A stretch of DNA of 64,000 bases from Octopus sinensis (lineage: Eukaryota). Numbering within the stretch: the stretch's first letter is position 1; the number at the start of each line of letters is the position of its first letter. The stretch covers positions 123,194,001-123,258,000 of the forward strand of contig NC_042999.1 of NCBI RefSeq assembly GCF_006345805.1. Reading direction: 5' to 3'. Made by a program: the position numbers and the translations under genes. The notes beneath the pieces were generated by a model, which was not told where the DNA came from, did no database searches, and saw nothing but the letters and a program-made list of their open reading frames with translations. Below are positions 25,735-40,142 of the stretch, piece after piece.

Positions 25735-26265
25735 TACTATGCACTAGCTCTCATGGCTTCTGATCTTAACCGATTAGAAATGCTATAATGTACATATTTT
25801 GTCTAGGTATAAAAGATGGGTTACAGCAAATATTCTGCTCAGTACCACAGATTTGCCTGTCAATTGTTTGACCTTAACAAGTTGAGCATGTTCCTTTGGT
25901 GGGAGACAATATGTGCATCTCTGATCACACACAGGAGTAGTGGAGGAGCATCATAGCCATGTATTGAGAGGAATTGAATAATTCACTTCTGGAAACATGG
26001 GTGTTTCATTCAACACCCTTAAACAACCCTTATTCAGGGACCTTTTGAGCAGGATTGGCTACTTGACTTGAAGAAAATCCTAACTGGGCTTCACCTGCAA
26101 GGTCATGCACTGCTTTACAAGGTTACCATGTTGTGCACACATGGTTGTGATGCATGTGCCTGGTGTACCCTTATCAGACAATTAGTCATGATGGGTATAT
26201 TGGGCTTTGTGTATTTGTACCCCAGTGTCACTTTGGTGGAATGCATTGCTCTGTCACATGGTAAT
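25735..26265. mobile_element. About 530-bp interspersed repeat flanked by (AAT)n
   Basis: Higher-GC block; its end (GTCACTTTGGTGGAATGCATTGCTCT) recurs degenerate near 25225-25262. Confidence 0.55.
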
Positions 26266-27673
26266 AATAATAATAATAATAATAATTTGTCTTTTTAACC
26301 AGAGGGTCCATTCCTCCATACAAATCATGTTTTGTATAAAGATATATTTCTGTTTGCAAAATTTTCAAAAAGTTCTTCAAACTTTTTAAGAATGTATCTG
26401 TTGCTTCCCTATTTGTAAGTCTCAGTTACTTAAGAGGAAGCTATATTTAATTTTGAGTAACCTTGTTTGAAAAATATATTAAATGTCTAATACCACCTTT
26501 ATTTTCCCTCTAATGTCATGGAGTGGACACTAAAATGCCTCCCAAGCTATTTATTAGCACAAATAAACTAAAAGCAGAAAACAATTAAAAGCTTTCCCCA
26601 TCATGTACAAAACATGGTAAAACCCAAATTTTTATCTGTTGCTATGTCACACATAAAATTCATTGTAAACAACAACAGCAACAAAATAATCCTTTGCAGT
26701 AACAGTTGTAGTTAAATCATTTGATTTTTATTACTATCATGTACCACTCTAAATCAAGAGAGATTTTTGGGGAATTATAAAGGCTTAAATTATTCAAATA
26801 ATCTTGGGGGCAATCAGTACTAAGTTAGTTATAAAAGATCTACTGTCAGAGACATTAGAAGTTAATCAATTGAATTTGCATGTATGTAATAGGTGAAATG
26901 GTGAGAAGACTGTTTGGACATAAGTTAGCTCTACACAGGTTTCTATCTACTATTTAAATATATAAAGTGTATGTGTATAAACAGACTGTTACATGCATAT
27001 TAATGATTTCTTTGCATAGTGCATATGTAAGATGTGCCTGTATTTAAGAAAAAAATGTCACAAATCTATTACATAATTATCTCTGCTATTTTTAAACTAC
27101 CATAAGCTACAAATTCTAATTTTGCTTTACTTTCCAAGAAAAAATTGCTCAGGAATAACTGTATATTTTGAACACTTTGTCTTATATGAGAAATATTCAT
27201 CTCCAAAATTATTTCTGAAAACGGTGCAGTCCATTCTTTGAAGCTTGATATTATTTTACCATATTAGCATTGTCAACTTTTCACAGACTATTGATAGACT
27301 TACTAGCTTTAGGAAAATCTCTTATTCAGTTTTTTCTCATGACTCTGATTCCAAATCCTATAGAGAGATTGTGTTATTCTTCCAGATTTGATAAAATATG
27401 AGTATTTAAATCTATAGTCATTAAGCTGGTCAAACAAAACAAACAAAAAGGCTTCTGTATCCAACAAAGAAATCAATATTGCTACATTATTCCTCTTAAT
27501 TCATTATGAAGTACAATGGCCTAATAAACATAACAACATAAATATTTATAAAACATGCAGCCTACTTGTGCATCACTTGCAGTAATATAAGGTTTTGTAA
27601 CTAAAACATCTTTTATCTTCACTTCACTGATGTAGACCTGTGGTAGATTGTTAATTTCTTTTTTTTATAACAG

Positions 27674-27728
27674 ATGACATTGTTTTCTGTGTAAATACTA
27701 GCTGGTCCAAACACAGTCAATTCAAAGG
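27674..27728 (+). CDS. Candidate exon (DIVFCVNTSWSKHSQFK)
   Basis: Long poly-T acceptor ...TTTTATAACAG, donor GTAATA, single open frame. Confidence 0.25.
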
Positions 27729-29689
27729 GTAATATTATATAATGAAAATTGGAGATAATTGCGGATCTGTTTTTATTGCTGATGATAATACACTTGCTTT
27801 GGTTAAAATTTGTCTGGCATAAATATCTCATTAGATGCATTTCTGTCGGCAAAATCTTGATTTTGTTTATTTTATTTACTTATTTATTCGTTTATTTATT
27901 TATTTGGTTCAAGCTATAAGTGAAATAAACTTCTGTGACTTGTATGAGACTAACAATTTTATCTTGTCAGCACTAATCTCAACATTTGATATAATATAAA
28001 ATAAAATATTGTGTGTATACATACACAGATTATAGTTTTAGGAAAATCAGAACAAGCAAGACTTAACATAATAAGTACAGCTTTTGTAAAATAGCTGCAT
28101 TCTGGGACATGTATGGAAAATGTAAAGAGTATGGTGTTAATTTTCCTTGGAATAATGTGATAAACCTACTGAAAAAAAAAGGCTTAGTGAAAACCATTTC
28201 TGTCAACTAAACTGCTGTTGTGCATATATTAACGTAGTCTAAATCAATGGTTCTGTTGGTGTATATAAGCTCTGAATTGTGATTATCTTTGATATTATTC
28301 AACCAGGGGCAGACTGCAGAATATTAAACAGATCTCAAAGTGGTATGCCACTGAAAAGGGTAGAATGATACTGTCCCAGATGATGATGAGAAACTAGCTC
28401 CATTACAGCTTTGTTATTAATTTTTTTTTGCTTCCTATATACCATTGACCATTTTATTAAATGCAATAGGTTTTTTTTATGTTGTGTCTATTTCTTTCGT
28501 TTTGTTTATTTCATTTGTTGCTTTCATTGCCAACATCCTTTGTTTATCGTTCTCTATTATTCAGTCTCATGCATTACTTTATTACTTTATTGATAATATT
28601 ATCTTGCTCCATTCATCTAGTATTCATATTACTTTGCAAACTCTTCTAACTTGTAACCTGTCAAGAGTCACTTGGTGTAGACTTGTTTAGCTCTTACAAA
28701 TGTTGTAGACTTTAATATCAATGATGATGATACTGTCAGAAATATTGAAATATTGTTTTTCTTTGTTAGGCACCAGTTGACATTTTGTTTTAAACAGCTC
28801 TCATTTATTACAAAAGAATCTGGGTTTTGTTGTTGTTATTATTATTATGATCATTAGCATACTAAAATAAACTGATACGGTTGAGTGTGAACAATTTCTT
28901 TTGAATTTACCATTTATTGAAGCTGTGTGGACAGCGATAGTAATATATAATCTTTTGCTTGCACCATTTAGAAGAACTAGCTGTAGATGTAAGAATTTAG
29001 GTTTATTTATATGTGTGTGCATGTGGTTGGTTGGTTGGTTAAGAAATTTGTTTCCAAACCTTGAAATCTTCATTTCAGTCCCATTGTGCTTCATTCTGGA
29101 CAAGTGTCTGCTAATAAAGACTCAGGTTGACCAAAGCCTTGTGAGTGTATCTGAGAGAGGGAAACTGAAAGAAGCCTGTCATAAATGTGCATGTGTGTGT
29201 GTGGGATGTGTATGTTTGTGTATATCCATGTCTTGACTTCACATGGTGGTTGTAAACAAGTATCACTGTCAGAAAAGCAATGTTGTTTGCTTTGAGTCTT
29301 CCATGGTAAATGTGTTTGGTCATAGGAAATATTACCTTGCTTGGAGACAGGTGAGTGTTGGTGAGATGAAAAGCACCCACCCAGTCTGTCTCAACAAATT
29401 CCATCTGGTCCTTGCAAAAAATGTGGACATCAAAATAAGATAATGTAATATATAGACACACTTATGTTTGCACAAGTACACACACACACACACACACACA
29501 TTAAAAGCAAAAGGAGAAGTACCTACTTTGAGAGCTTTATCATTAATAAATATAAGGAAAATATTTACATTTTTACGAAAATATGCTAGTGGTTTTAATT
29601 GTTTAGGATAATTTTATCTTGCAAGAAGAAAAGAGAAATTAGAGGGAATCGAATCAAATTAATCTCTTATAATGGCAGTTTTGAAAGTT

Positions 29690-29870
29690 CACCTTCCAAA
29701 ACCAGTCAATGAAAAACTCTGATTGTATCTTTTGATGTAGTGAATCTTTATACAATCTCCTCTCATAACTTGAGAACTGAAACCTCATAATTCTGGTTGC
29801 ATAATGAAAACAACTGAACTACCAGAATGCATGAAAAGATGCTAATCATAGGACTAAAATCCCTTCCAAA
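29690..29870 (+). mobile_element. Second PLE-like RT remnant
   Basis: LIVSFDVVNLYTISSHNL...*FWL resembles the LVSFDVxSLYTNIPH...FWL motif. Confidence 0.65.
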
Positions 29871-29877
29871 GACATGA

Positions 29878-30712
29878 TGACATGGTGGTAGAACAATGAA
29901 GTAGACTTAACCATAAGAGCAAGGAATCAGGCCTGGAAGGTCTGAAAGAGTGGAGAGCAGAGAACTTTATTAGATAGGTAGAAAAGCATACAACAGTTAT
30001 ATTTAGCTAGGGGAGGAGCAGAAATGAAAAGGAAATTTGCCAATGCTTCACAGTGTAGGGATTAGAACCATGAAGTATTGCAGATTGCAAGACAGTGTGC
30101 CAAAGAAAATCATGATATTTTTGGAGAGAAGTATGTTTGAATAGATGATAGTATGCTTGTATTTTGTGATTCTACAAAGAAAGAGGCATGGAAGAGCCAC
30201 TATGAAAGGCCACTGTGAAGAATATATGGGAGAAGGAGAGTTTTCTTAATATGGACCTAACAGAGGGGTCATCTCTTCAAGTTGCCAGCAGCATAATAGA
30301 TAAAGCAATTAAGTTTAAGATAGTAAAAGCTCCTAACCCATCAGGAATTACTGCCAAAATGCTTAATGTATCTTGCAGGGTGGGATATGGCCTAGTAACC
30401 TGTCCAATTAATCAGGTTGTCCAGGAAGCAGTCATATCCAACAACAGGCATAGTAGCATTATGATCAACTGCTACAAAGGTAAAAGAGATGCCTGAGACA
30501 AAAGTAATTACAGAGGTTTCAAATTTCTGGACCAGGTTATGAAAGTTAGAGAAAGAATCAAATCTCAGCTTATGAGTAAACGATTTAACCTAGATGCAAT
30601 TTGGTTTTGTGCTTGGAAGAAACACCACTGACACTATCTTCATAGTAAGACATCTGCAAAAGAATCATTTAGTGAAAAGTAAACCACTGTACTTAGCATT
30701 TGTCGACATGGA
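29878..30712 (+). mobile_element. Degenerate internal RTE LINE ORF2 fragment
   Basis: TWW*NNEVD, KEAWKSHYER, KAPNPSGITAKML, NCYKGKRDA*DKSNYRG, QFGFVLGRNTTDTIFIVRHLQK, KPLYLAFVD motifs with stops and frameshifts. Confidence 0.9.
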
Positions 30713-33108
30713 CAGTTATGCTACATGCAGAGGACATGTGAAGGCTACTAGATGTACGATATGTGATCTTAGGATATTATTGTCTTTTTGGTTTTTCTTC
30801 TTAAAAGCTTACATCTTTTATGTAACTTTTTAAGACAGTTTGATTTTAAATCTGTTCTTTACTAAAAAGTAAACATTAGAGGTCATTGATATATTATTTG
30901 CTTTATGCATTTTAATCTTTAAAACTGAATCTCAATTCTGTGATTACATGTCTCACAGCAAGATGGCAGGAAGACTTATGGCTTACATGTAACTAGATGA
31001 TGAATTCTTTAGTTTTTTGAAATTATAATAAAGCCTATCTTAAGCAATTTCTAAAATGCATTTTTTTGTCTTTTAGTTTTCATTCTTGTATCAAATAATG
31101 CTTTAGTCTAATATATGTATCCTGTTATACATTAATAATTAGTTCATAAAAATCAATTTTGTGGAAGAATTGTGAACGGGTCTTAAAATTTTATAGTTAA
31201 TAATTAAAAACCAGTTTCTTTTGTGTGGGTGGAGGGTTAAATAAAACTACCTATTTTATTTATTTATTTATTTTGCGTGTGCTTTTGTTCTGTTAAAACT
31301 GATGCCAGAAATAATATATTATACCGCAAAATTCCTGTTTTTGATGTAGATAATCTATAAAATATATTTCAAAGTTCAGATCCTTTGTTTTACCATTTAC
31401 TAGACTATATTTCACTTAAAATCCATTTATGGAGAATATATCATCATTAATTATTGCATCTTTTTAATTTGTATCTAATTTTTTGCAGCCTCTGTATGCC
31501 TGATTAAATTATCTTAGATAGAGAAAGTAGTAATCCTTAAATCATTCACTTTGTACTTTAAACTGCTTTACCAGGCAGTTTAAAGTTCAGAAGAATTGAA
31601 TGCTTGCAAACTAATAGAATATATTGAAGATAAAAAAAAAAATATTTATTGATAATTAAATGTTGCTGGGCTAAATTTATTTTTTAAAGTGCTTGTCTAT
31701 AAGCAGAAATATTGCAGTAAACTATATACAAGTTAAAATCTGATATATTTTTATTTTTTGACATGTGAACATTGCGTAAGGTGACATGTGAGTCTCTTTT
31801 ATAAGTTTAGGCAATTACTAGATATATTTGGAATTGTGTCGTATATCTTTCATCTTTAACCAGCTTCAATCATTAGACTGCAGCCATGCTGGGACACCAC
31901 TTGGAGGAATTTTTTAGTTCAATAAATCAACCCTATTTTTTTGTTTTGTTTTTTGTTGAATCTACTATAACATGACTTATAATTATTATTTAGTGTGAAT
32001 CATAATTATATATTTGTCATCAATGATATAATGATAAAATGTCAGCCTACTGATGACCAATATGTAAGCATTTAATGGATGTTAACTGCACTGAAGATCA
32101 TATCTTGGACTTATTCAGTGTATTGATTTTTTTTTAAACATCTAACATTGAAAAGATTCATGCATCGTTTTCAATCATGTCAGAATCATTGTTCAGGCTA
32201 TGATCAAAAATATTCCAACTGTGACAAACCCATTCTATCATATATATCAGCCTTCTTTTAAGACAGTAAGATGTGATTTGAGGAAGAGTTGGCTTCTATT
32301 TCTAGCAGATTGACCAACCATACAGATATTCCTTATCTTAAATGGTTAACTATTTTACTTGCAACATTCATGGTTCTTTTTTCACTTCCTCACATCTCAA
32401 TATTTATTTTTCGACTCTAATTTCATGAGACACCCATCATGTTTTCTCCTCCCCATATAAGGAGCTGCACTCATAAATCTTTAAGGAATGACAAGCGAAT
32501 CCCAGCATATTTGAACTGACTTGGACAAAGTAGGCCTGAAGTGACCTTAAATAAAAAGCTGAGCCCTGAAAGAAGTCACAGATAGTTAATGCACAGATCC
32601 TCAAACACACATTACAGGCAGTCACTTCAGTGTACACACACACATGTGTAAGTACATACATACATACATGCACATAAACTCTCTCTTTACTCTCATCCTT
32701 CACTTCTCTTGTAAGCAAGCATACATCTACATACATATATACACACTGGCATAAGACTAATTTTTGGACAGACCAAGGCAAACCTTGAGAGAGAGAGGGT
32801 ATGTCTCTGAAGAGATTGCGAATAGCAACAAAAAGACTTTCATTAACAAACAACCAATTGGTTGTTTAACCAATACATTAAATGAATGATTGATTAGTTT
32901 GCTAGATATTTAACAAATTAATAAAGACAAAAGTTTATGCATTGCAAGTTAATGACTTCTCTGTGTCTGATGAGATCTCATTTCATTTTAATAACCATTA
33001 CTAGTTTTATCATGTTTAATATAATTACTACTATAGGTAAAATTTAATATGCTGATTATGTTACCTCACCCCACCTCCCCTCCTTCTCCACATCACAATC
33101 CCCTAAAG

Positions 33109-33438
33109 CATAGGTTCTCAAAGTGGGTGCTACCACTCCACCGGTGGGCGTTGAGATCGTTCAGGTGGGGCGCTGGTATCTAAGGGTTGGTGCGGGGGGA
33201 TAGAGGAAAAGGAGGCATTGGGAGGAATGTAGTGGATTGGGGGATGCTGTGAATTTATAATATTATTATAGTATTATATACAAATTATATAATATATTAA
33301 ATATCAAATGATTCATAGTATATATAAATTAGTAAAATATAGAATATTTATTTATACATAAAAATAAGGGTGGGGCACTGAGGATATTATGTGACCATTA
33401 GGGGCAGGGCGGTGGTTCAAAAAGTTTGAGAACCTCTG
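33109..33438. mobile_element. hAT-type MITE
   Basis: TIRs CA(T/G)AGGTTCTCAAA. 8-bp TSD CCCTAAAG (33101-33108) / CCCTAATG (33439-33446). Confidence 0.85.
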
Positions 33439-33551
33439 CCCTAATGCCTATCACCCCTTTCAATATACCCAGCACCCCTGGGGGTAGTATCACCCACATT
33501 GAGAAGCTCTACTCTAGAGATTTCTTAAATTAAATTTCTGTCCATTTTCAG

Positions 33552-33594
33552 ATATCATAAACAACATACAGATATTAATAAAAATAGGGCTGAG
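33552..33594 (+). CDS. Candidate 43-nt exon
   Basis: Acceptor TTTCTGTCCATTTTCAG, donor GAG|GTAAGC; two frames open. Confidence 0.25.
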
Positions 33595-34237
33595 GTAAGC
33601 TGTTTATGCTGTAAAATTTTTACAAGTATCGTCAGCAATTTTACTTCCATAAATCTATCCAGCAACAACAATTTTAGTCCCTCTTCCTACTTATAACAGC
33701 ATTACCTCAGGCAATTACCTACTTAATTGCAATTCCAGTAAAATGTTTTAATCTATTTAGTTAATGCATGACATGACGATAGTATTGACCCTGACTGGTT
33801 TGACTAAGAATTGAAAATATGCTTTTGTCATCATACCACTACATTTGAAAATCTGAAAGGACATTTAACAAAAACCTTTCCCAGAAGATTTGCTTTCTAA
33901 CAGAAACAGGATGTGTGGCATTTAAAAATCCTTTGTTCCTCAGTCACACAATGTTATATGCTCAAATTTTTACTGCAAACTTTTTCTTGCAAGAGAATTT
34001 ATTGATATTACTTTAAGATGACAGCAAATTCATTGGGTATTGAGTAATGATTGGTTAATGTAAACATTCTTTAACATTCTTACTTCAGAATTATGGATCT
34101 TCAAAGGAATCACCTAAAAGCTACATTAGTTTCAATTTTTTATCTGATTTTTAAAGAGATGTACAACATCTTATGTTATTATATTTTTAGACATAAGCAA
34201 TTGTCAGAATACATAAAAACATTTTTGTATATCTGTA

Positions 34238-34278
<41 letters not shown>

Positions 34279-34289
34279 AGAGAGAGATG

Positions 34290-34326
<37 letters not shown>

Positions 34327-34773
34327 ATAGATGTGTGTTTCTGTGTCTGTGTGTATATATATATATATATTTCAATAGATAGATGGTAGATAGACATTTA
34401 CACATATACACACACACATGCTGGTCTGTTTGAAGCAAAGAGAATATTGGATATCATCTTTAAGAATCTCAAAAACAAATGAGGCTTTGAATAATGGATA
34501 AAATATGTAACAGGTAACATAGCTCTTGAATGATAGAAGAATTGGTTAGAGTCCTCTATGGGAATCATGCAGCACATCTGCTTAGCTGCAATACCACTGT
34601 GATTCTTTTTCATCTAGTGGGTATTCTTACCTGAAATATTAATAGCTATTGTTTATAACATCATTTGCATATAAAGTTAATCCAAACATGAAAGCACAAA
34701 AAACACAACGCGAGGACGTGGAACAAATATAGTATTATTGGACGCTCATTTGCATATATGCTTGTATATATCA

Positions 34774-34809
<36 letters not shown>

Positions 34810-35600
34810 TTGTGTGTGTATGTGCATTTTATTTGTTTTTTGTCTGCCACAATTCTTGGCATAAATCAGTCCCACTGTTACTTCATTAATAGATAATGCC
34901 CTTAATTATTCCATGTAAATCAACTTGTGATCACGACAATCTTCAAACATATTTACTTTCTGACCATTATATACCAAACGTTACATTCATTTTCCACAAT
35001 TCCCTCAATATCTGCAATGAAAAACACAGAACAACTATTTGAAATTTTTTAGTTTCCAATATCTGTCTACTTTCAATATTAAGTATTCTATTTTTTGCTC
35101 TTGTTTATACTTATATGTATGCTGAGCCCCCACTCCACACACACTCACACATTTGACACATTTCTCTCTCTCGCATATATATATGGGGTGGGAGACAATT
35201 TTTGAATTGAAATTTTCCATCCATTTAAAGAAGAGAAAGCAGTAACGAGCCTTTTTAGGGCCTCTGTGATTAGTGGGAGGAACGGAAAAATTAACATACA
35301 CCAGAAACCTGTCTCAAATGCTTGCGACAGAATGGATGGTTTCTGCTAAAGAAAATCGTAGGCTAGGTTTCCTAATAACCAAGATGACAGATTTAGTTTG
35401 GTACCCAAAATCAAGAATGCCAGATTAAAATTAAAATGTATGTGCATTCATATACATGCAAATGCATATATACATATGTGTGTGTATATTGCATGTTTAT
35501 GTATATATGAGTATACATATTTGTATGTATATATGTGCAGGTATGTATATATATGTGTGTTTATATATGTGCACATATATGTATATGTTTATATATATGC

Positions 35601-35641
<41 letters not shown>

Positions 35642-35664
35642 TGTATTTATATGTATGTGTATGT

Positions 35665-35700
<36 letters not shown>

Positions 35701-35862
35701 CATCATCATCATCATCGTTTAACGTCCGCTTTCCATGCTAGCATGGGTTGGACGGTTCAACTGGGGTCTGGGGAGCCCGAAGGCTGCACCAGGCCAGTCA
35801 GATCTGGCAGTGTTTCTACAGCTGGATGCCCTTCCTAACGCCAACCACTCTGAGAGTGTAGT
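35701..35862 (-). mobile_element. RTE-tail repeat copy
   Basis: (CAT)n CGTTTAACGTCCGCTTTCCATGCTAGCATGGGTTGGACGG..., embedded in (TA)n. Confidence 0.92.
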
Positions 35863-37359
35863 ATATATATATATATATATATATATATAACAGCATCACC
35901 CTCATTCCCTTAATGAATCATCATATATCTTTTCTTGGAAGACAGCAAACTCTTCACAATATCTTCAGTTAGCAGGTGTAAAGAAATATAGCATTTTAAA
36001 CATAAATTATGTCTACTACTTTCTGTTTTAAAAAAAAAATGTTGCTTTTTACTTTTGGAAGAAAGCCACCACCCTCATAAAATTGATGTGCTAAACTCTC
36101 GTTTTAATGTGAAGTGTACCTTTTACTTACAGATAAAATCTATTTGTTATCTGTAAGGACACCTTCTCTGTAGCTGGCCAACCACAATTGATTTTTAGCC
36201 ATTAATACTATCATTTAGACTATCCATCTAATGTATCTTTTTCAAGTGAGTTTCCAGTAAGAAAATACTGTACATTTCATTCCTGAACACAACAGTAGAT
36301 AATTTCCATTTTTACTCCTATGTAATTACCTGTTAATAATTTATAAAACAAACACACACAGACACATGCACACAACACTGCATACACACTATTATACCCT
36401 CACAAACATGTACAGACATACACACAACCCATGCATAATGGACTCATTCTGTTTTTCAATTATGCATCAGCCTTTTCATAGTTCAATCAAAAATATGTAT
36501 ACAAAAGAGGCAAATTCACTGATTAAAATAAGGTTGTTTTCTTTCTTTTTATTATTTTGGTGAGTGAGTTTTTCTATATTCCATTAATTCAATGTATCTA
36601 TCCTAAATCTATATCCATTTGCATATGTGTGACAATTGTTCAGTTATATTGCAGTTTTGACTGCAGGGCTTAAAATCTATAATAAAAAGCACTCAAATTT
36701 TATTTTGATTTCATTATTTTTTGTTTCTTTCCCTGTGAATATTTATAAGTAATTATCATTCTTGTGGAAGAGCTAGAAAATTGCTTGAAATGTCAGTTAT
36801 TCACCAGCTTCTTGTTTAGTTGATAAAAAATTATTTCTTTCACTTTTAGGCAGGCACATAAATATTCCTCAATTTTCTATGCTCTTTATTTTCATGGAAG
36901 TATTCCAAACATTCTCCCTGAAAGAAGAATACACTAGGAATTGCTTTGTGTTTTTTAAGCAGAATCATACCTAGTAGTGATAGCCTAGTTGTAATTACAT
37001 TCCATACGAAAAATGCATTTTAGGGTAGGAGAACACAGAACACAAGAACTATGGTTGGTCAAGTTGATAGTGTAACAAGCTTTCAACTGATGGGTTGTTA
37101 GTTTCTAAATCCTGATCCACTCTACATGGTGTATGTAAGTGATGCTATTAAATAAGAGCCAGTTCAGCTACTTAAAATTAATTAATATGGTCAGTAATCA
37201 CCAAATGGTTTGTTATCTTGCAGCTCAAAAATTTACCATTTTTCTGCACCTAAGTTTCAGGAAATAAATACAATTTGGATCTCTGACTAAGATCCAAAGA
37301 GTGACAGAAATTCTCTTTCATTTGTCTATACAATATATACAGATATAAGTATATATAAT

Positions 37360-37770
37360 GACATTTGTTTCACATTTTGGCACAAGGCCAAAAATTTCAG
37401 GGTTGTGGGTAAGTCAATTACATCATTCCCAGTGTTCAACTAGTACTTATTTTATTGATCCTGAAAGTCGACTTCAACAGAATTTGAACTTAGAACATAA
37501 GGAGAGACAAAATGCTGCTAAGCATTTTGCCTTGCATGTTAACAGTTCTGCTAGCTTGCTGCCCTAAAGTATTCAATAATATTAATTTCAAAATTTGGCA
37601 CAAGGCCAGCACTCGGAGAGGGATGAAATCAATTGTCAGTGTTCAATTGGTACCTATTCTATTGAGCCCAAAAGGATGAAAGGCAAGTTCGGCTTGATGG
37701 AATTTGAACTTGGAAAATGCTGCTAAGCATTTTACCCAACATGCTACCAGTTTTGCCAGCTCACTGCCTT
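37360..37770 (-). mobile_element. Two tandem SINE copies (20428 family)
   Basis: Both carry GGCACAAGGCC...CAGTGTTCAA...GAATTTGAAC...GCTAAGCATTTT. Confidence 0.85.
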
Positions 37771-38439
37771 AAAATATACAATAAGGTTAACAATAAAAAG
37801 GAGAGGCATCAATTACCATAAATTCTTAATTTATTTATATTAATAGATGTGTGCTATTTTAGCAGAATTTACATACCAAGTTGATCAGTGCTGTGTAGGT
37901 ATTACGACTGTAATGAACAGCAGTGTAATACACACTTGTTTTTATGTCAGCTTTTATATAGGTAAGTTGTTATGAATGGACCCAACTCCTCTTCAGAGTC
38001 ACTGTCTTCTGAGAAGTTTTGCTATCTATATCTCACTCATACATTCCATTTTCAATGTTTTCAAAGGCTGGATATTCAATCAACTGCCAATCAGTGTACA
38101 TAGTGTAACAGATTATTTTCTCATGCAAATATAATAATTCAAAAAACATATATGTACACACACACATATATACCTAAACATGCATGCATGTGAGTATGTG
38201 TGTGTGTATGTGTGACTGACAGAATATTGCATGTGTGTGTGAGAGTGTATAAAGGTAAGCTTGTGTCATGTTTCAGCAGCCATCAACACCTATGTAACTT
38301 CTGATATTTTTGCAAATCCCCCAGGCACTGTTTGTCAATTTCAATGTTTCTCCACTTTAACTTCTTTCCATACTTCACCCTGCCCAATTCACACGATCCT
38401 TCATATATATAGCCCAACATAGAATTTGAAATCTCTACA

Positions 38440-38456
38440 TATATATGTATATACAT

Positions 38457-38520
<64 letters not shown>

Positions 38521-38638
38521 ACACACACACACACGTGCATATGTGTGTGTGTGTGTGTGTGAAACCTACTTGCATTTGTCTGCATCACTACCTATCTCTC
38601 TCCCTTCCCCTCTCTCTGTTGTGCTCTATCTATCTATA

Positions 38639-38676
<38 letters not shown>

Positions 38677-38780
38677 CATACATATACACACACATACACT
38701 TATATATATATACACATGCACAGTTCTGTGTATGTCCCTATTCAGATCAACACACACACATACACATATATATATATAAT
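38440..38780. repeat. Compound (TA)n/(CA)n microsatellite (representative; similar fields at 470-555, 7070-7220, 34240-34370, 35500-35700, 40955-41345, 53250-53480, 56090-56365)
   Basis: Direct inspection. Confidence 0.97.
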
Positions 38781-39337
38781 TGAATATAATGATGAAACAG
38801 GAGAAAGTGCAATCATTTCATTTGTTGCTGATATTTGCAATCGTAAAATTAATGTCAAAAATAGATAAGCTTGCGCTATCAAAGTAAATGTTTTAACTAG
38901 TGAATAAATGCATATTTATATTAAAAGGAATATTAAGGAGGGTGCCTTTCCCTGATTAAACTGATAACATTTAACATTATTTTGTTATCTCTTAGAGTTA
39001 TATCATGTATTAGATTCTATGAGTGAAAAAGATGGAACTTTCACTATTTGAAAGATTATAAAAATATACTCTGCATACAAATAAATATAAATATGTCGTG
39101 AATAACTCAAAGAATTATTTGAAATTATCCAAATCTCCATTGTTATCTCAATGTTTATGAGGGTAGATTAGTAGAATTAACTGATGGTTTAAAGAGATGG
39201 TGATGTTGATAGTTGTAATAAAATTAATGATTAATCAAATGTTTGTGCATGTATATATTATATATATGTATGTGAGTGTGTTTATATATATTTATATATA
39301 GATATAGATATACATATGTGTGTGTATATATATATAT

Positions 39338-39673
39338 CATCATCATCATCATCATTGTTTAACGTCCGCTTTCCATGCTAGAATGGGTTGGACGATTTGA
39401 CTGAGGTCTGGCGAACCAGATGGCTGCACCAGACTCCAATCTTATCTGGCAGAGTTTCTACAGCTGGATGCCTTTCCTAATGTCAACCACTCCGAGAGTC
39501 ATGTAAAAAGCACCCGCTACACTCTTGGAGTGGTTGGCGTTAGGAAGGGCATCCAGCTGTAGAAACTCTGCCAGATCAAGACTGGAGCCTGGTGCAGCCA
39601 TCTGATTGCCAGCCTCAGTCAAAATCGTCCAACCCATGCTAGCATGGAAAACGGACGTTAAACGATGATGATG
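39338..39673. mobile_element. Inverted pair of RTE-tail copies
   Basis: Minus copy 39338-39499 and plus copy 39521-39673, separated by about 21 nt. Confidence 0.9.
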
Positions 39674-39889
39674 TACGTATGTATATATATATATATACAT
39701 TTGTGTGTGTATTACATCTTGGGATTCCCAAACGACAATGTAACTTTCATATAATTAAGGTACCTTCAGCCTGATGAGTAGCTAGCTGAATATGCCTTGT
39801 TGAGTAGTTATTACATCAGAAGATCTGCTATCTAGGAAACACAAGTTTCCTGGAGTTTACCTGTTCCAGTCCCTTAATTTGGATTTATC

Positions 39890-40142
39890 GGTGGCATGTA
39901 AAAATCACCAACCGATCGTGGCCACTGCCAGCTCTCCCCCCCACCTTCGGTACCTGTGCCAGCGGCATGTAAAAAGCACGCACTACACTCTTAGAGTGGT
40001 TGGCGTTAGGAAGGGCATCCAACTGTAGAAACACTATCGGATCAGACTGGAGCCTGGTGCAGCCTCCTGGCTTCCCAAACCCCGGTCAATCTGTCCAAAC
40101 CATGCGAGCATGGAAAACGGACGTTAAACAATGATGATGATG
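39890..40142 (+). mobile_element. RTE-tail repeat copy
   Basis: GGCATGTAAAAAGCACGCACTACACTC...GGACGTTAAACAATGATGATG. Confidence 0.88.

Noticed and set aside
27302-27360. - strand segment with strong acceptor and GTAAGT donor
   Set aside because: Stops in all three frames; at most a non-coding exon.
39765-39795. CTGATGAG motif (also 2875, 4965, 62485)
   Set aside because: No correctly placed GAAAC or stems.
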